Source: a virus
Lineage: Duplodnaviria; Caudoviricetes
Virus record (IMG/VR): IMGVR_UViG_3300022181_000105
Coordinates: 1-52,020 of that record
DNA: 52,020 nucleotides
Reading direction: 5' to 3' (one strand)
The translations under genes were made by a program, and so were the position numbers. The stretch's first letter is position 1, and the number at the start of each line of letters is the position of its first letter. Below the pieces are notes generated by a model, which did not search any database, was not told the DNA's origin, and saw only the letters and a program-made list of their open reading frames with translations. Shown here piece after piece: positions 1-8,254 of this stretch.

Positions 1-546
1 TCAATCAAACCCCTCCCCGAACCTTCCACCATCCAATCCAAACTCCCAGAGGTCCAGTACGCTCCGAAGGCGCAGCCGGTCGATCCACTGATCGTACCCG
101 TAGCTTCTGGCGGAGTCGAACGACGCGAGGAGAGCGCGCCGGAAGTGATTCGGCATGGTCATCATCCGATTGACGCGGAGAACGCCGGTTGCGGAGTCGA
201 TGGCGAGCATGTGGACTATTCGTCCCTGCTCCCAGGCAAACCGCCGCGCCTCTTGCTGCTCCGCAGGGTAGACGTCCGGAGTGTACTCAAGCTCAAAAAC
301 CAGAGGTCCAGATCCGAAGCGGATAAGCCCGAGGAAAAACGGTCCGTCGGCGAAGTATCGAGCGCGGACTTTCAGCGTGCGGATCGACTCGGATTCGTCC
401 TCGGTCATCTCCGGGAGGTAGAGCGGCATATACACGCTGAATCCTCCGGAGGAATCGCGTATCTGGTCGAGGATCGCGCCCGAGACTCCCGGGCGCGGCC
501 AGAACGGAGCGGGCGCTGTGGCGCCGGTGCGGAAGGCGATAATCAT
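1..546 (-). CDS. Hypothetical protein, last visible gene of the cI (lysogenic) operon
   Basis: 181-aa ORF packed 1 bp after the 548..883 gene, same strand as cI. Confidence 0.75.
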   Translation of the reverse strand: MIIAFRTGATAPAPFWPRPGVSGAILDQIRDSSGGFSVYMPLYLPEMTEDESESIRTLKVRARYFADGPFFLGLIRFGSGPLVFELEYTPDVYPAEQQEARRFAWEQGRIVHMLAIDSATGVLRVNRMMTMPNHFRRALLASFDSARSYGYDQWIDRLRLRSVLDLWEFGLDGGRFGEGFD

Positions 547-547
547 T

Positions 548-883
548 TCAACGATACCTTTCCCATTCGACCTTAGACGCCTGCGGAGCCTTGCCGGTGT
601 TATTGAGCACGTATGCGCTTGTCTTCACGCGCTTCCCCGGCGCGAGGATGACGGAGAAAAAGCACTCTCCGAGGATGTCTTCAAAGATGCTCATCAGGTA
701 CATCGACGCTCTGAAAGTTATTCTCTTATCCGTTTGATTGTGAAATTCTATCGTCACCATGCGCGATGTGATCTTCAGGTTGCTGTATTCAATCTCATCG
801 TCCACCTTGCCGGAAGAGAACAGCGCGAAGGCCGAAGACGCGAGAGCAAGTACCAGAACGAACGCGAGTATTGCCTTTTTCAT
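548..883 (-). CDS. Secreted/periplasmic hypothetical protein (lysogenic conversion candidate)
   Basis: Typical signal peptide MKKAILAFVLVLALASSAFA; strong RBS (AAGGAGGG) upstream on the minus strand. Confidence 0.8.
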   Translation of the reverse strand: MKKAILAFVLVLALASSAFALFSSGKVDDEIEYSNLKITSRMVTIEFHNQTDKRITFRASMYLMSIFEDILGECFFSVILAPGKRVKTSAYVLNNTGKAPQASKVEWERYR

Positions 884-895
884 ATCATTCCCTCC

Positions 896-1492
896 TTACT
901 CAAATTTTATGGATATGAGTTTCCATTGCCCATTTCCGACGTATTGAACCTCCGCTTCGAAATACTTTCTAATTTCTGCGCCGAAAGCATTTTGAGCATC
1001 AACGTAAGAAACAACTTTCCAAGTGCGATTCCCCATATCGGTGAAATGCGCATTCCATATCCAGGGAAACTTTGCAGTACTTGGAGATCGAAGCCGTTCT
1101 TCGACGAATCCCTTCGCCCACACATAAGCGCCACCCTCCGTGTCTTCTCTAGGTGGAGACGTGTCTACTCTTGGGGCAGGAGCAGATGTTGCTTTTGGTA
1201 CTGGCGCTACTGCTACAGGTTCTCCCCTAAAGGAATCGATCCATCTTGAAGCGACTGGGTAGAATACGAGGAAGAGGGGGATCATCAAAACCGCAGCGAA
1301 GATAGACATGGCCTTACTTTCGCTGATAAGGATCTTTGCTTTTTTTTCAGACGGGGGTTCTGTCGCGGCTATGGCCGACAAAAGATCAAAGTCGGGGCCT
1401 TCGCGGACTATTCTTTTCACGAGTTCATCCTTTTGTTTTTGTGAAAGTCCGGATTCTCGTACTTGCTGAATCAAAGAGTCTATTGACGGCAT
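896..1492 (-). CDS. Single-pass membrane protein (superinfection-exclusion candidate)
   Basis: TM segment IFAAVLMIPLFLVFYPV, Pro-rich linker, C-terminal LRSPSTAKF...VDAQNAFGA domain of a kind common beside phage repressors. Confidence 0.75.
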   Translation of the reverse strand: MPSIDSLIQQVRESGLSQKQKDELVKRIVREGPDFDLLSAIAATEPPSEKKAKILISESKAMSIFAAVLMIPLFLVFYPVASRWIDSFRGEPVAVAPVPKATSAPAPRVDTSPPREDTEGGAYVWAKGFVEERLRSPSTAKFPWIWNAHFTDMGNRTWKVVSYVDAQNAFGAEIRKYFEAEVQYVGNGQWKLISIKFE

Positions 1493-1516
1493 ATCAGTTA
1501 CCCCCTTGGACGATTC

Positions 1517-2263
1517 TTAAGGTCTGTGATCAAGTTCCAAATCCGCTTTTACGATTTTCCCTCTGACGTGAACAAAGTCAACCTCTATATCCTCTTCTGT
1601 ATATCCAAGCGCTCGTCCATCCGAGGAAAGCAATTTCCCCCCTGCGCCTGGGCGAGGATAAATTTTCTTAATTACAGGGTTACCGTTTATTTCTACCAAC
1701 ACGATGTCCCCAGGCTTTATTTCTGCGGCGGGATTGACTATTACAGTGGTGTCTGGTGGTATGCCAAAGTCGACCATGCTGGTCCCGTCTGTCGATATCG
1801 CGAAAGGGGGCCTGTATGGATCGATAGGTCCCAGCTTTTGCTCCGCTATAACCTCGAAATCCAAAGAATCGAGATCCGTTACATCCCCATAAGCAACCCC
1901 CACACCGCCACAGTGAGCGGTGTATTCCACGGAAATCTTTGGAACAAACACAAGAGAATTTAGAGCAAAGAGCCCTCCCGGCAATCTCCGAAAGGATTGC
2001 ATGGCATTTATAAGCGCTGGTTTTGTTTTATCATTTTTGTCTACGCGAGCTTCCGGTAAAACCAAATCCTCCAAAGAGATGTCCAGCGCCTGCGCAATGG
2101 CTTCCACGTCTTTCACAGAAGGAGACGTAATCCCCCTTTCCCACCTTCTTATGGTGTCACGAGAAAGTTTTCCTCCCCGAATACTCATCACCTTCTCGGC
2201 CAATACCTCTTGCGACATATCCCTTTTAGCCCTGCACAATTTGATGCGCTCCCCCACATCCAT
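1517..2263 (-). CDS. cI: CI-like phage repressor (XRE HTH + S24 peptidase)
   Basis: N-terminal HTH (MSQEVLAEKV...TIRRWERGITSP); C-terminal DGTSM (catalytic Ser) and VIKK (catalytic Lys); divergent from cro. Confidence 0.92.
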   Translation of the reverse strand: MDVGERIKLCRAKRDMSQEVLAEKVMSIRGGKLSRDTIRRWERGITSPSVKDVEAIAQALDISLEDLVLPEARVDKNDKTKPALINAMQSFRRLPGGLFALNSLVFVPKISVEYTAHCGGVGVAYGDVTDLDSLDFEVIAEQKLGPIDPYRPPFAISTDGTSMVDFGIPPDTTVIVNPAAEIKPGDIVLVEINGNPVIKKIYPRPGAGGKLLSSDGRALGYTEEDIEVDFVHVRGKIVKADLELDHRP

Positions 2264-2305
2264 GGTTTCGCCCCCTTTGCGCCCCCACAGCGCTCAATGC
2301 ACATA

Positions 2306-2421
2306 ATGTGGCATAAACAACGCAAAAAAACAAGAAGCAAAAATACAACCGCAAATGCTTTATTTTTACGGCATTTGATTCTTAAGCCCTATTGATGTTG
2401 CAAAAAACAACGCATTATAAT
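2306..2421. promoter_or_regulatory. cI/cro switch: PR-like promoter and candidate operators
   Basis: TTGATG(2392-2397)-N18-TATAAT(2416-2421); imperfect repeats ATGTGGCATAAACAACGCA (2306-2324) and ATGTTGCAAAAAACAACGCA (2395-2414), weaker third copy ~2334-2353. Confidence 0.65.
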
Positions 2422-2448
2422 GACCTCAGAACGGAAGGGGGTGCAAAA

Positions 2449-2700
2449 ATGAAGCAAACGACTCTGGCGAATTTTAGGAGAGAGGCAAAATTAAGCCAAA
2501 AAGAAGTTGGAGAGCGCATAGGAAGGAGTAGAGATTCTGTGCGTCGGTACGAACACATGGAGGTTGAGTTGCCTTCAAGCGCAATTTCTATTCTTGCGGA
2601 ACTATACGGAAAAAGCGAGATGGAAATTCTTCGAGCCAGCCTAAACCCTCCTCCAGCCCCCGTGAAACCGGGGGAGCGGTCAAGTTCCAAGACGGCGTAG
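2449..2700 (+). CDS. cro: Cro-like XRE HTH regulator (83 aa, short form)
   Basis: LSQKEVGERIGRSRDSVRRYE HTH; RBS GAAGGGGGTG; divergent from cI. Confidence 0.88.
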   Translation: MKQTTLANFRREAKLSQKEVGERIGRSRDSVRRYEHMEVELPSSAISILAELYGKSEMEILRASLNPPPAPVKPGERSSSKTA

Positions 2701-2873
2701 AGGAGGCGAAAGCGTTCAAGGCCGTGGCGGCGGAGTGCCTGCCGATCTTCGTCGACCATAGCGAGTTTCTGGAGTTCATCCTCGACCTGGCGGACAACGG
2801 CAAGATCGACGAACCGGTACGACGGATGAAGGTTGAGCGACTCAGGGACGCGTTGACGGAGGCATTGATATAG
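2643..2873 (+). other. Candidate -1 ribosomal frameshift site and -1-frame extension of cro (long form ~141 aa)
   Basis: In-frame X_XXY_YYZ heptamer A_AAC_CCT (2643-2649), 7-nt spacer, hairpin CCCCCG-TGAAAC-CGGGGG (2657-2674); -1 frame open to TAG at 2871-2873 with phage-like codons and no well-placed start. Confidence 0.55.
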
Positions 2874-2988
2874 ACCCACATGGACAAAGCGAGAGATAGC
2901 CCACCCGGCAGTACGGTCGGCGATGAACGCCAAGCTCTTGCCTACAACTGAATAGAGGTACTCAGCTTTTTGAAAGGAGGCATAGAAA

Positions 2989-3219
2989 ATGCTCGTAATC
3001 ACAACGGATGGCGAAGTATTGGACGGAAAGAGTTCTCTTACGGGAAGAGAAATTGCTGCCGTCGTTCTTCTCAGGGAGGACGGCAGCGAGGATCTCAAAG
3101 AACGGTTGGAAATCAATATTCTTCCTCGGATGAGGGATACATCTCCCTCCGAGCTTCTGTCGTTGGGCGAGGATTGCTTACGTAAATATCGCAACCGTCA
3201 CCCTTTGCAGAGTGCATAA
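2989..3219 (+). CDS. Small hypothetical protein
   Basis: Strong RBS AAAGGAGG before ATG; 3' end overlaps a competing minus-strand ORF (3113..3358). Confidence 0.5.
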   Translation: MLVITTDGEVLDGKSSLTGREIAAVVLLREDGSEDLKERLEINILPRMRDTSPSELLSLGEDCLRKYRNRHPLQSA

Positions 3220-3408
3220 CACCCACGACGTCATAGCACGTGTTCTCCACCTCGACAATCTCCCCTTTTCTGGGCATCTGGGCAAAGACTCCTGTTCCAA
3301 GGTTGCTGGAAGACCCTGACGAGACGTCGATCAGTATCGGCTTATGTATTGGAATCACCTCCCTTCACCGGGGGATGGAAAAAGCATAGCACGAAAGGAG
3401 GTCGCCGC

Positions 3409-3681
3409 ATGACCGTAGAACTCTTGGAATCCATACGCAGCTCCCTGATCGAGCTGACCGATCTCGTCGAGACCGCGACGCGCTCCGAGCCTCGCCTCAT
3501 GGATGAAACGGAGGCGGGGCGCTACATCGGAATGTCCACGGCGTACCTGCGGAAAGCGCGGTGCGAGGGCAGCATCGGAGAGCGCACGCAGGCGCCGGTG
3601 CATCTGAAGATAGGGAACGCGGTCCGGTACGACAAGACGGACCTGGACCGATGGATAGACGAGCAGAAACGACACAGATAG
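3409..3681 (+). CDS. Excisionase/AlpA-like winged-HTH protein
   Basis: LMDETEAGRYIGMSTAYLRKAR...KIGNAVRYDKTDLDRWI; RBS AAAGGAGG. Confidence 0.8.
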   Translation: MTVELLESIRSSLIELTDLVETATRSEPRLMDETEAGRYIGMSTAYLRKARCEGSIGERTQAPVHLKIGNAVRYDKTDLDRWIDEQKRHR

Positions 3682-4204
3682 GAGGCGGACATCATGACGT
3701 TGATACGGATGCTCCTCGCGTCCGGAGCGCTCAGAGGGCCGTTCAGAAGACGGTGGCGACTATGGTAGTCCACTGCAAGGACTGCAAGCGGTGGCAGGAT
3801 GCGCAGGGCGTCGGCAATCACCGTCGGTGCCCCGCGTCGGGGGAAATGCGGTGGGCCGGAGACGATGCGGAAGAGTGCTGCCGCCTCGTCTTCATTCTGA
3901 AGGGGGAGGAGATCGCATGCTGAACTGGTCCATTTACGGGAAGTCTGACGCTAAAACGCTCGTCGAAGATTTCGTGGAGGCCGCGCAGAAGCGCGATAGG
4001 GAAATGCTCGCGGTCGAAGGCGACTGCATCAAGGCGGACATTTTACATCTGGTGGAGGTGGGGGCGTGATGTTCGCGCTCGGCTTCATGACGTGTCTTGT
4101 AATCATTGTCGGTTGGGGGCTGCTCAAATGACCGGCGCGGGAGAGTTTTTTATTCACGGTTTCCTCTTCGCGCTGCTTTTGTTTTGGTGCATGGAGGATC
4201 ACAA

Positions 4205-4552
4205 ATGAGGAGCGCCTACATCTGCCACCCCCTCCGTGGGAAGACCGGCAGCCCGGAGGAAATCAAATCGAACCTCGAACGGATCGACGAGATAGCCAAA
4301 AACCTCGCCGCGATCTATCCGGACGTGCTGCTGCTCAGTCCGCTTCACGCCTTCTCTTTCTACGACCCTCGCGGGCCGCAGGAACAGGTGCTCGGGCAGT
4401 GCATCGCGATGCTGGAGCGGGCCGACGAGATTTGGGTGTTCGGCGATTGGCGGGAATCGCAGGGGTGCAGGCTGGAAGTGGAATATGCCCGGAGGCTGGG
4501 GAAGGGAGTGGAATTCAAGGGATGCGGTACCACTACAACGGGCATGTCTTAG
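4205..4552 (+). CDS. DUF4406 / nucleoside-deoxyribosyltransferase-like protein
   Basis: AYICHPLRG...LLSPLH...CIAMLERADEIWVFGDWRESQGCRLEVEYA motif pattern. Confidence 0.75.
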   Translation: MRSAYICHPLRGKTGSPEEIKSNLERIDEIAKNLAAIYPDVLLLSPLHAFSFYDPRGPQEQVLGQCIAMLERADEIWVFGDWRESQGCRLEVEYARRLGKGVEFKGCGTTTTGMS

Positions 4553-4713
4553 AGGTGAGGAAAGGGCCTGGGGAATGGTTCTTCTCCGGCTTCTCGACCG
4601 AGGAGGGATTCCGCCAGTCCCCGGATCCAACGCTCCCGATGAGGCGCTCGCGCAAGGAGGCGCAAGTCGACCTGGACGCATGGGCGAAGAAGAAAGGATT
4701 GGAGGTCGTGTAA
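4522..4713 (+). CDS. Small hypothetical protein
   Basis: ATG after GGGAG; ends AQVDLDAWAKKKGL; stop overlaps next start (TAATG). Confidence 0.55.
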   Translation: MRYHYNGHVLEVRKGPGEWFFSGFSTEEGFRQSPDPTLPMRRSRKEAQVDLDAWAKKKGLEVV

Positions 4714-5057
4714 TGGGTAAGGTAGTCAGCGAAGCAGGCGACAATGCGCAAATGTTGCTTATCTTCGGCGTGGATTTCGAGCCGATAGAGCGATACGTAG
4801 GTCGGCAGAACGAAATGGCGAATGAGGTCGCGGCTTGCGAACATGCGGTTAAGGGTTTAGCGGGAGACCAGATAGTTGCCATCGACGGAGCGACATTTGA
4901 GCTTTTCGACACCACGCGCCCGATGCTCTTGGATTTTCTGGCCGCCACGAAACGCGAGCTTGAACGGCAGATGCGCGATATGCCGCTGGTGGTGAGGATA
5001 AGGACGGAGGAAGAGGAGGAAGAGGAGGAAGAGGAGGAAGCAAGCGATGAATCTTGA
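4713..5057 (+). CDS. Hypothetical protein with poly-Glu tail
   Basis: TAATG coupling, RBS GGAGG; GAG/GAA codon repeat ~5006-5039. Confidence 0.6.
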   Translation: MGKVVSEAGDNAQMLLIFGVDFEPIERYVGRQNEMANEVAACEHAVKGLAGDQIVAIDGATFELFDTTRPMLLDFLAATKRELERQMRDMPLVVRIRTEEEEEEEEEEEASDES

Positions 5058-5375
5058 TCATGCTAGGCGATGCAGCCTGTGCGGACGTTTGCCGAATGGT
5101 CTCACTGGATTCGGGCAAGAAGAAAACGGGAATTGGATATGCGGCGCCTGCGTCTTAGAACGCGAAGAAAAATACAAACATTTGGAGGTTGACGGCGAGA
5201 GATGAAATTCGCATATAACGACGACCTGAAGGACTTCATCGATGCGGTTCTGCCGGGAGATCAGGACGACGAAGACGATGAATAAAACAAAAACCTCCGC
5301 TTTCGCGGAGGCCCCAGAGAAGAGCCGGGTGCTGGAACACCCGGCCTCTATTTTACACCATAGGAGGGCATTTCA

Positions 5376-6050
5376 ATGGCGAAGAAGGTAACAATGTTCA
5401 AAAACAGCAAGGGAATCCGCGTTCCCTCGGTCACGACGATTTGCGGCCAGCTCGACAAGCCTGGGCTTATGTACTGGGCGCACAAGCTCGGATTGGAGGG
5501 CGTCTCCGATCTGAGGGCGCACCGGGACGCGATAGGTCAGGCCGGGAATCTCGCGCATGAACTGGCGCTTCCGTTCCTCTCCGGGGTCGAGATAGGAGAC
5601 ACGCTCAAGACGCTTCAGAGCGTGTACACCCCGGAGGAGCTGGCTCTCGCCGCCCCCATCATGAACCGCTTCACCGCGTGGGCGAAAGGACACGAGTTCC
5701 AGACCGATTTCGAGGAGGAGTCGTTCATCAGCGAGCGACATCAGTTCGGGGGGCGCATCGACTGGTTCGGGATTATGGACGGCGTTCCCACGCTGCTCGA
5801 TCTGAAGTTCACCAAGGCGCTGTATCCGGAATCCACATACCAGATGTCCGCGTATCTCCATCTGCTGAAGGAACACGGAATAGACGTCCACAGGACGAAG
5901 ATCTTCCGTTTCGGTCGCACCGAGGAGGAAGGCTTCGAGGAACCCGAGCTTCCCGAGGATGTCCTCGAAACGGGGTGGAACGTGTTCCTTCGGCTGCGGG
6001 AGATCTACGACCTCGCGAAGACGCTCCCGAAAACCGGGAAGGCCGCATAG
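5376..6050 (+). CDS. PD-(D/E)XK exonuclease (phage recombination nuclease)
   Basis: VPSVTTI N-terminal motif, FGGRID, LLDLK, YQMSAY. Confidence 0.85.
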   Translation: MAKKVTMFKNSKGIRVPSVTTICGQLDKPGLMYWAHKLGLEGVSDLRAHRDAIGQAGNLAHELALPFLSGVEIGDTLKTLQSVYTPEELALAAPIMNRFTAWAKGHEFQTDFEEESFISERHQFGGRIDWFGIMDGVPTLLDLKFTKALYPESTYQMSAYLHLLKEHGIDVHRTKIFRFGRTEEEGFEEPELPEDVLETGWNVFLRLREIYDLAKTLPKTGKAA

Positions 6051-6065
6051 AGAGGATTGATTAGA

Positions 6066-7031
6066 ATGAACGAAAACGCCATTCAGATTTTCGTGCAATA
6101 CCCGAAGGATAAGTTCATTCCGCTTGTGCCGGTGCAGACGATGCACACGATATCCCCGCTGCACCGGGTCAACATCAACGTTGTCCAGATCAGCACGGAC
6201 GAGAGGGAAAGGGACGCCTACAAAGAGGGGAAGAACGGAGAGTACGCGCTGACGAAAAAGGGGCTCATGAAGCTCATGGCTGCGGCGAACATCCAGATCG
6301 TCGAATCGAAATCCGTCACGCCGTCCTCGTGCCAGCGATGCCTCGACATGGCGCGGGCCACGGGCAAGCCGTGCCCCTGCGGCGGCTGCGACTGCAAGCA
6401 CGATGTCGCGTGGCAGGTGACAATCGCGGTTCCGGACCTCTCCGGAGGATTTCGACGAGTCACCGCGACGAGGGAATTCCTCTGCGCGGACGAAAAGGCG
6501 AAAGCGACGGACCAGCAGTACAAACAGGCGTTCGCCTTCCGATCCGCGCACGCTGAGTCGAAGGCCCTGAACCGGGCGCTTCGCGAGGCTCTGATGATCA
6601 AGCCGACGTACAAGGCCGAAGAGCTTTCGAAGCCGTTCGCAGTGCCTGTGATCAGTCCGAATTTCGAGGACGCGGACCTGAAGGCCGCCATGGTACAGCG
6701 CTTCGCCCAAGGAGAGAATTCACTCTTCGGTAGAGGGCCTGGGCTTCCTCCTCCGATGGACGGGGATACGCTCTCTCTCGCGGAAGGGGAGTCGGTGGTC
6801 ATCCCCCCGGACGATGACGACGTGCACGACGTCGAGTTCGCTGCGGAGGAAGCGCCGCTCGAGGCCGAAGCGGTCGTCGAGTGCCACGAGTGCGGCGCCG
6901 TTCTGGAGGCGTTTTCCGACCCGAAGAGCGGAGATTGGACCGTGGCGCGGTTGTCCGATTTCACACGGGAGCGTTTCGGCAAGCCTCTCTGCCGCCGTTG
7001 CGCGACGCAGAAGGGGAGGGCGGCGTCATGA
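6066..7031 (+). CDS. Putative single-strand annealing/recombination protein with Cys-rich Zn motifs
   Basis: Lies between exonuclease and sbcD; HAESKALNRALREAL helix resembles annealase motifs; CxxC pairs internally and at the C-terminus. Confidence 0.55.
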   Translation: MNENAIQIFVQYPKDKFIPLVPVQTMHTISPLHRVNINVVQISTDERERDAYKEGKNGEYALTKKGLMKLMAAANIQIVESKSVTPSSCQRCLDMARATGKPCPCGGCDCKHDVAWQVTIAVPDLSGGFRRVTATREFLCADEKAKATDQQYKQAFAFRSAHAESKALNRALREALMIKPTYKAEELSKPFAVPVISPNFEDADLKAAMVQRFAQGENSLFGRGPGLPPPMDGDTLSLAEGESVVIPPDDDDVHDVEFAAEEAPLEAEAVVECHECGAVLEAFSDPKSGDWTVARLSDFTRERFGKPLCRRCATQKGRAAS

Positions 7032-8254
7032 ACGGGAAGATCGCGCACATAGGAGATTGCCACCTGGGGCTGGGCTATCCCGGCCCCAAACCCGAATCGC
7101 GCTTCGACGACATCGTCCGCACTCTGGACTGGTGCGCGGACAGGATCATCGAGGCGGAATGCGACGCGGTGCTGTTCGCCGGGGACGCGTTCAAGGACAG
7201 CAAGGTGTTTCTCGACCGCGCGACGCCGGAGATCATGGCGTTCGTCGAGTGGCTCCGCAAGCTCTCGGAGGCCGGCATTCCGGTGACGGCCATCTCCGGC
7301 ACGCCCTCCCACGACGCGGTTTCCGCCTACGAGCTTATCCGGGAGATGAAGATCCCCGGAGTTTCGATCAGGACGCGCCCCGGCGTCGAATACCACGGCG
7401 ACTTCAGCGTCGCCTGTCTGCCGGGGATGAACCGCTCGCAGATCGCGACGAAGGACGAATGCAAGGGGCTTCAGCCGCGCGAGGTGCACCGGCTCATGAC
7501 GGAGAAGCTCCGCGATCTCTGCTGGGGCATGGTCGCCCGGAGAACCCCCATGGCAAGAGACCCGGTCGTGCTCCTCTCCCACATGACGATGGCCGGAGCG
7601 GACACTGGATTCGACGATCTCGTCATGGAGCACGAACCGGTGCTGACCCGCGAGGCGGTAGAGCTTTACGACTTCGTCTGCCTCGGGCATATCCACAGGC
7701 CGCAAATGATCGAATGCGGCAAAACGCGAGTCTCCTACTGCGGGAGTACGGAGAGGTTGACCTTTAATGACCAATGCATCGAGCCGGGCTTCTGGATCCA
7801 TGACCTCTGGGCGCGCGAGAGCGAATTCGTGAAGACCCCGGCGCGGCGATTCCTCGCGATCGACATGGACCTCTCCGACGGACTGCTCTTCGCGGCTCCG
7901 GAGACATCGTATCTTCACGCGATGAAGCACATGGAGCTGGGAGAGAACGTGATGCAGGCGAAGGACGCCGTTGTCCGCGTCCGGCTGAAATGCACGGACG
8001 AGCAGTCGGCGGCGCTGGACCGGAAGGCGCTTGAGAGGGAGTTGTACGAAGCGGGAGCGTTCTTCGTCTCGGAAATCCGCGTGGAGACTACGAAGACGAC
8101 GCGCTCCAGAGACGAGGAGGTCACGGAGAGCCTCGGACCTGTCCAGGCGCTGGCGAAGTGGTGCGCCGCGAGGGGCGAGGAGGAGTTCCGCGAAGAGGAC
8201 GTCGCGGTCATGCAGTCGATGGCCGCGCGGTTGATGGAGGAGGTACAGGCATGA
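7028..8254 (+). CDS. sbcD: SbcD/Mre11-like metallophosphoesterase nuclease
   Basis: HIGDCHLG, FAGDAF, GTPSHD, LGHIHRPQ, YCGSTERLTF. Confidence 0.92.
   Translation: MNGKIAHIGDCHLGLGYPGPKPESRFDDIVRTLDWCADRIIEAECDAVLFAGDAFKDSKVFLDRATPEIMAFVEWLRKLSEAGIPVTAISGTPSHDAVSAYELIREMKIPGVSIRTRPGVEYHGDFSVACLPGMNRSQIATKDECKGLQPREVHRLMTEKLRDLCWGMVARRTPMARDPVVLLSHMTMAGADTGFDDLVMEHEPVLTREAVELYDFVCLGHIHRPQMIECGKTRVSYCGSTERLTFNDQCIEPGFWIHDLWARESEFVKTPARRFLAIDMDLSDGLLFAAPETSYLHAMKHMELGENVMQAKDAVVRVRLKCTDEQSAALDRKALERELYEAGAFFVSEIRVETTKTTRSRDEEVTESLGPVQALAKWCAARGEEEFREEDVAVMQSMAARLMEEVQA

Noticed and set aside
2608-2616. GGA AAA AGC as the cro slippery site
   Set aside because: Does not fit X_XXY_YYZ and has no hairpin at the right distance; the 2643 site fits better
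5006-5039. GAG/GAA repeat as a phase-variation tract
   Set aside because: Repeat unit is a multiple of three and encodes a poly-Glu tail, so slippage would not shift frame; the same holds for the GGACAC repeat near 14622
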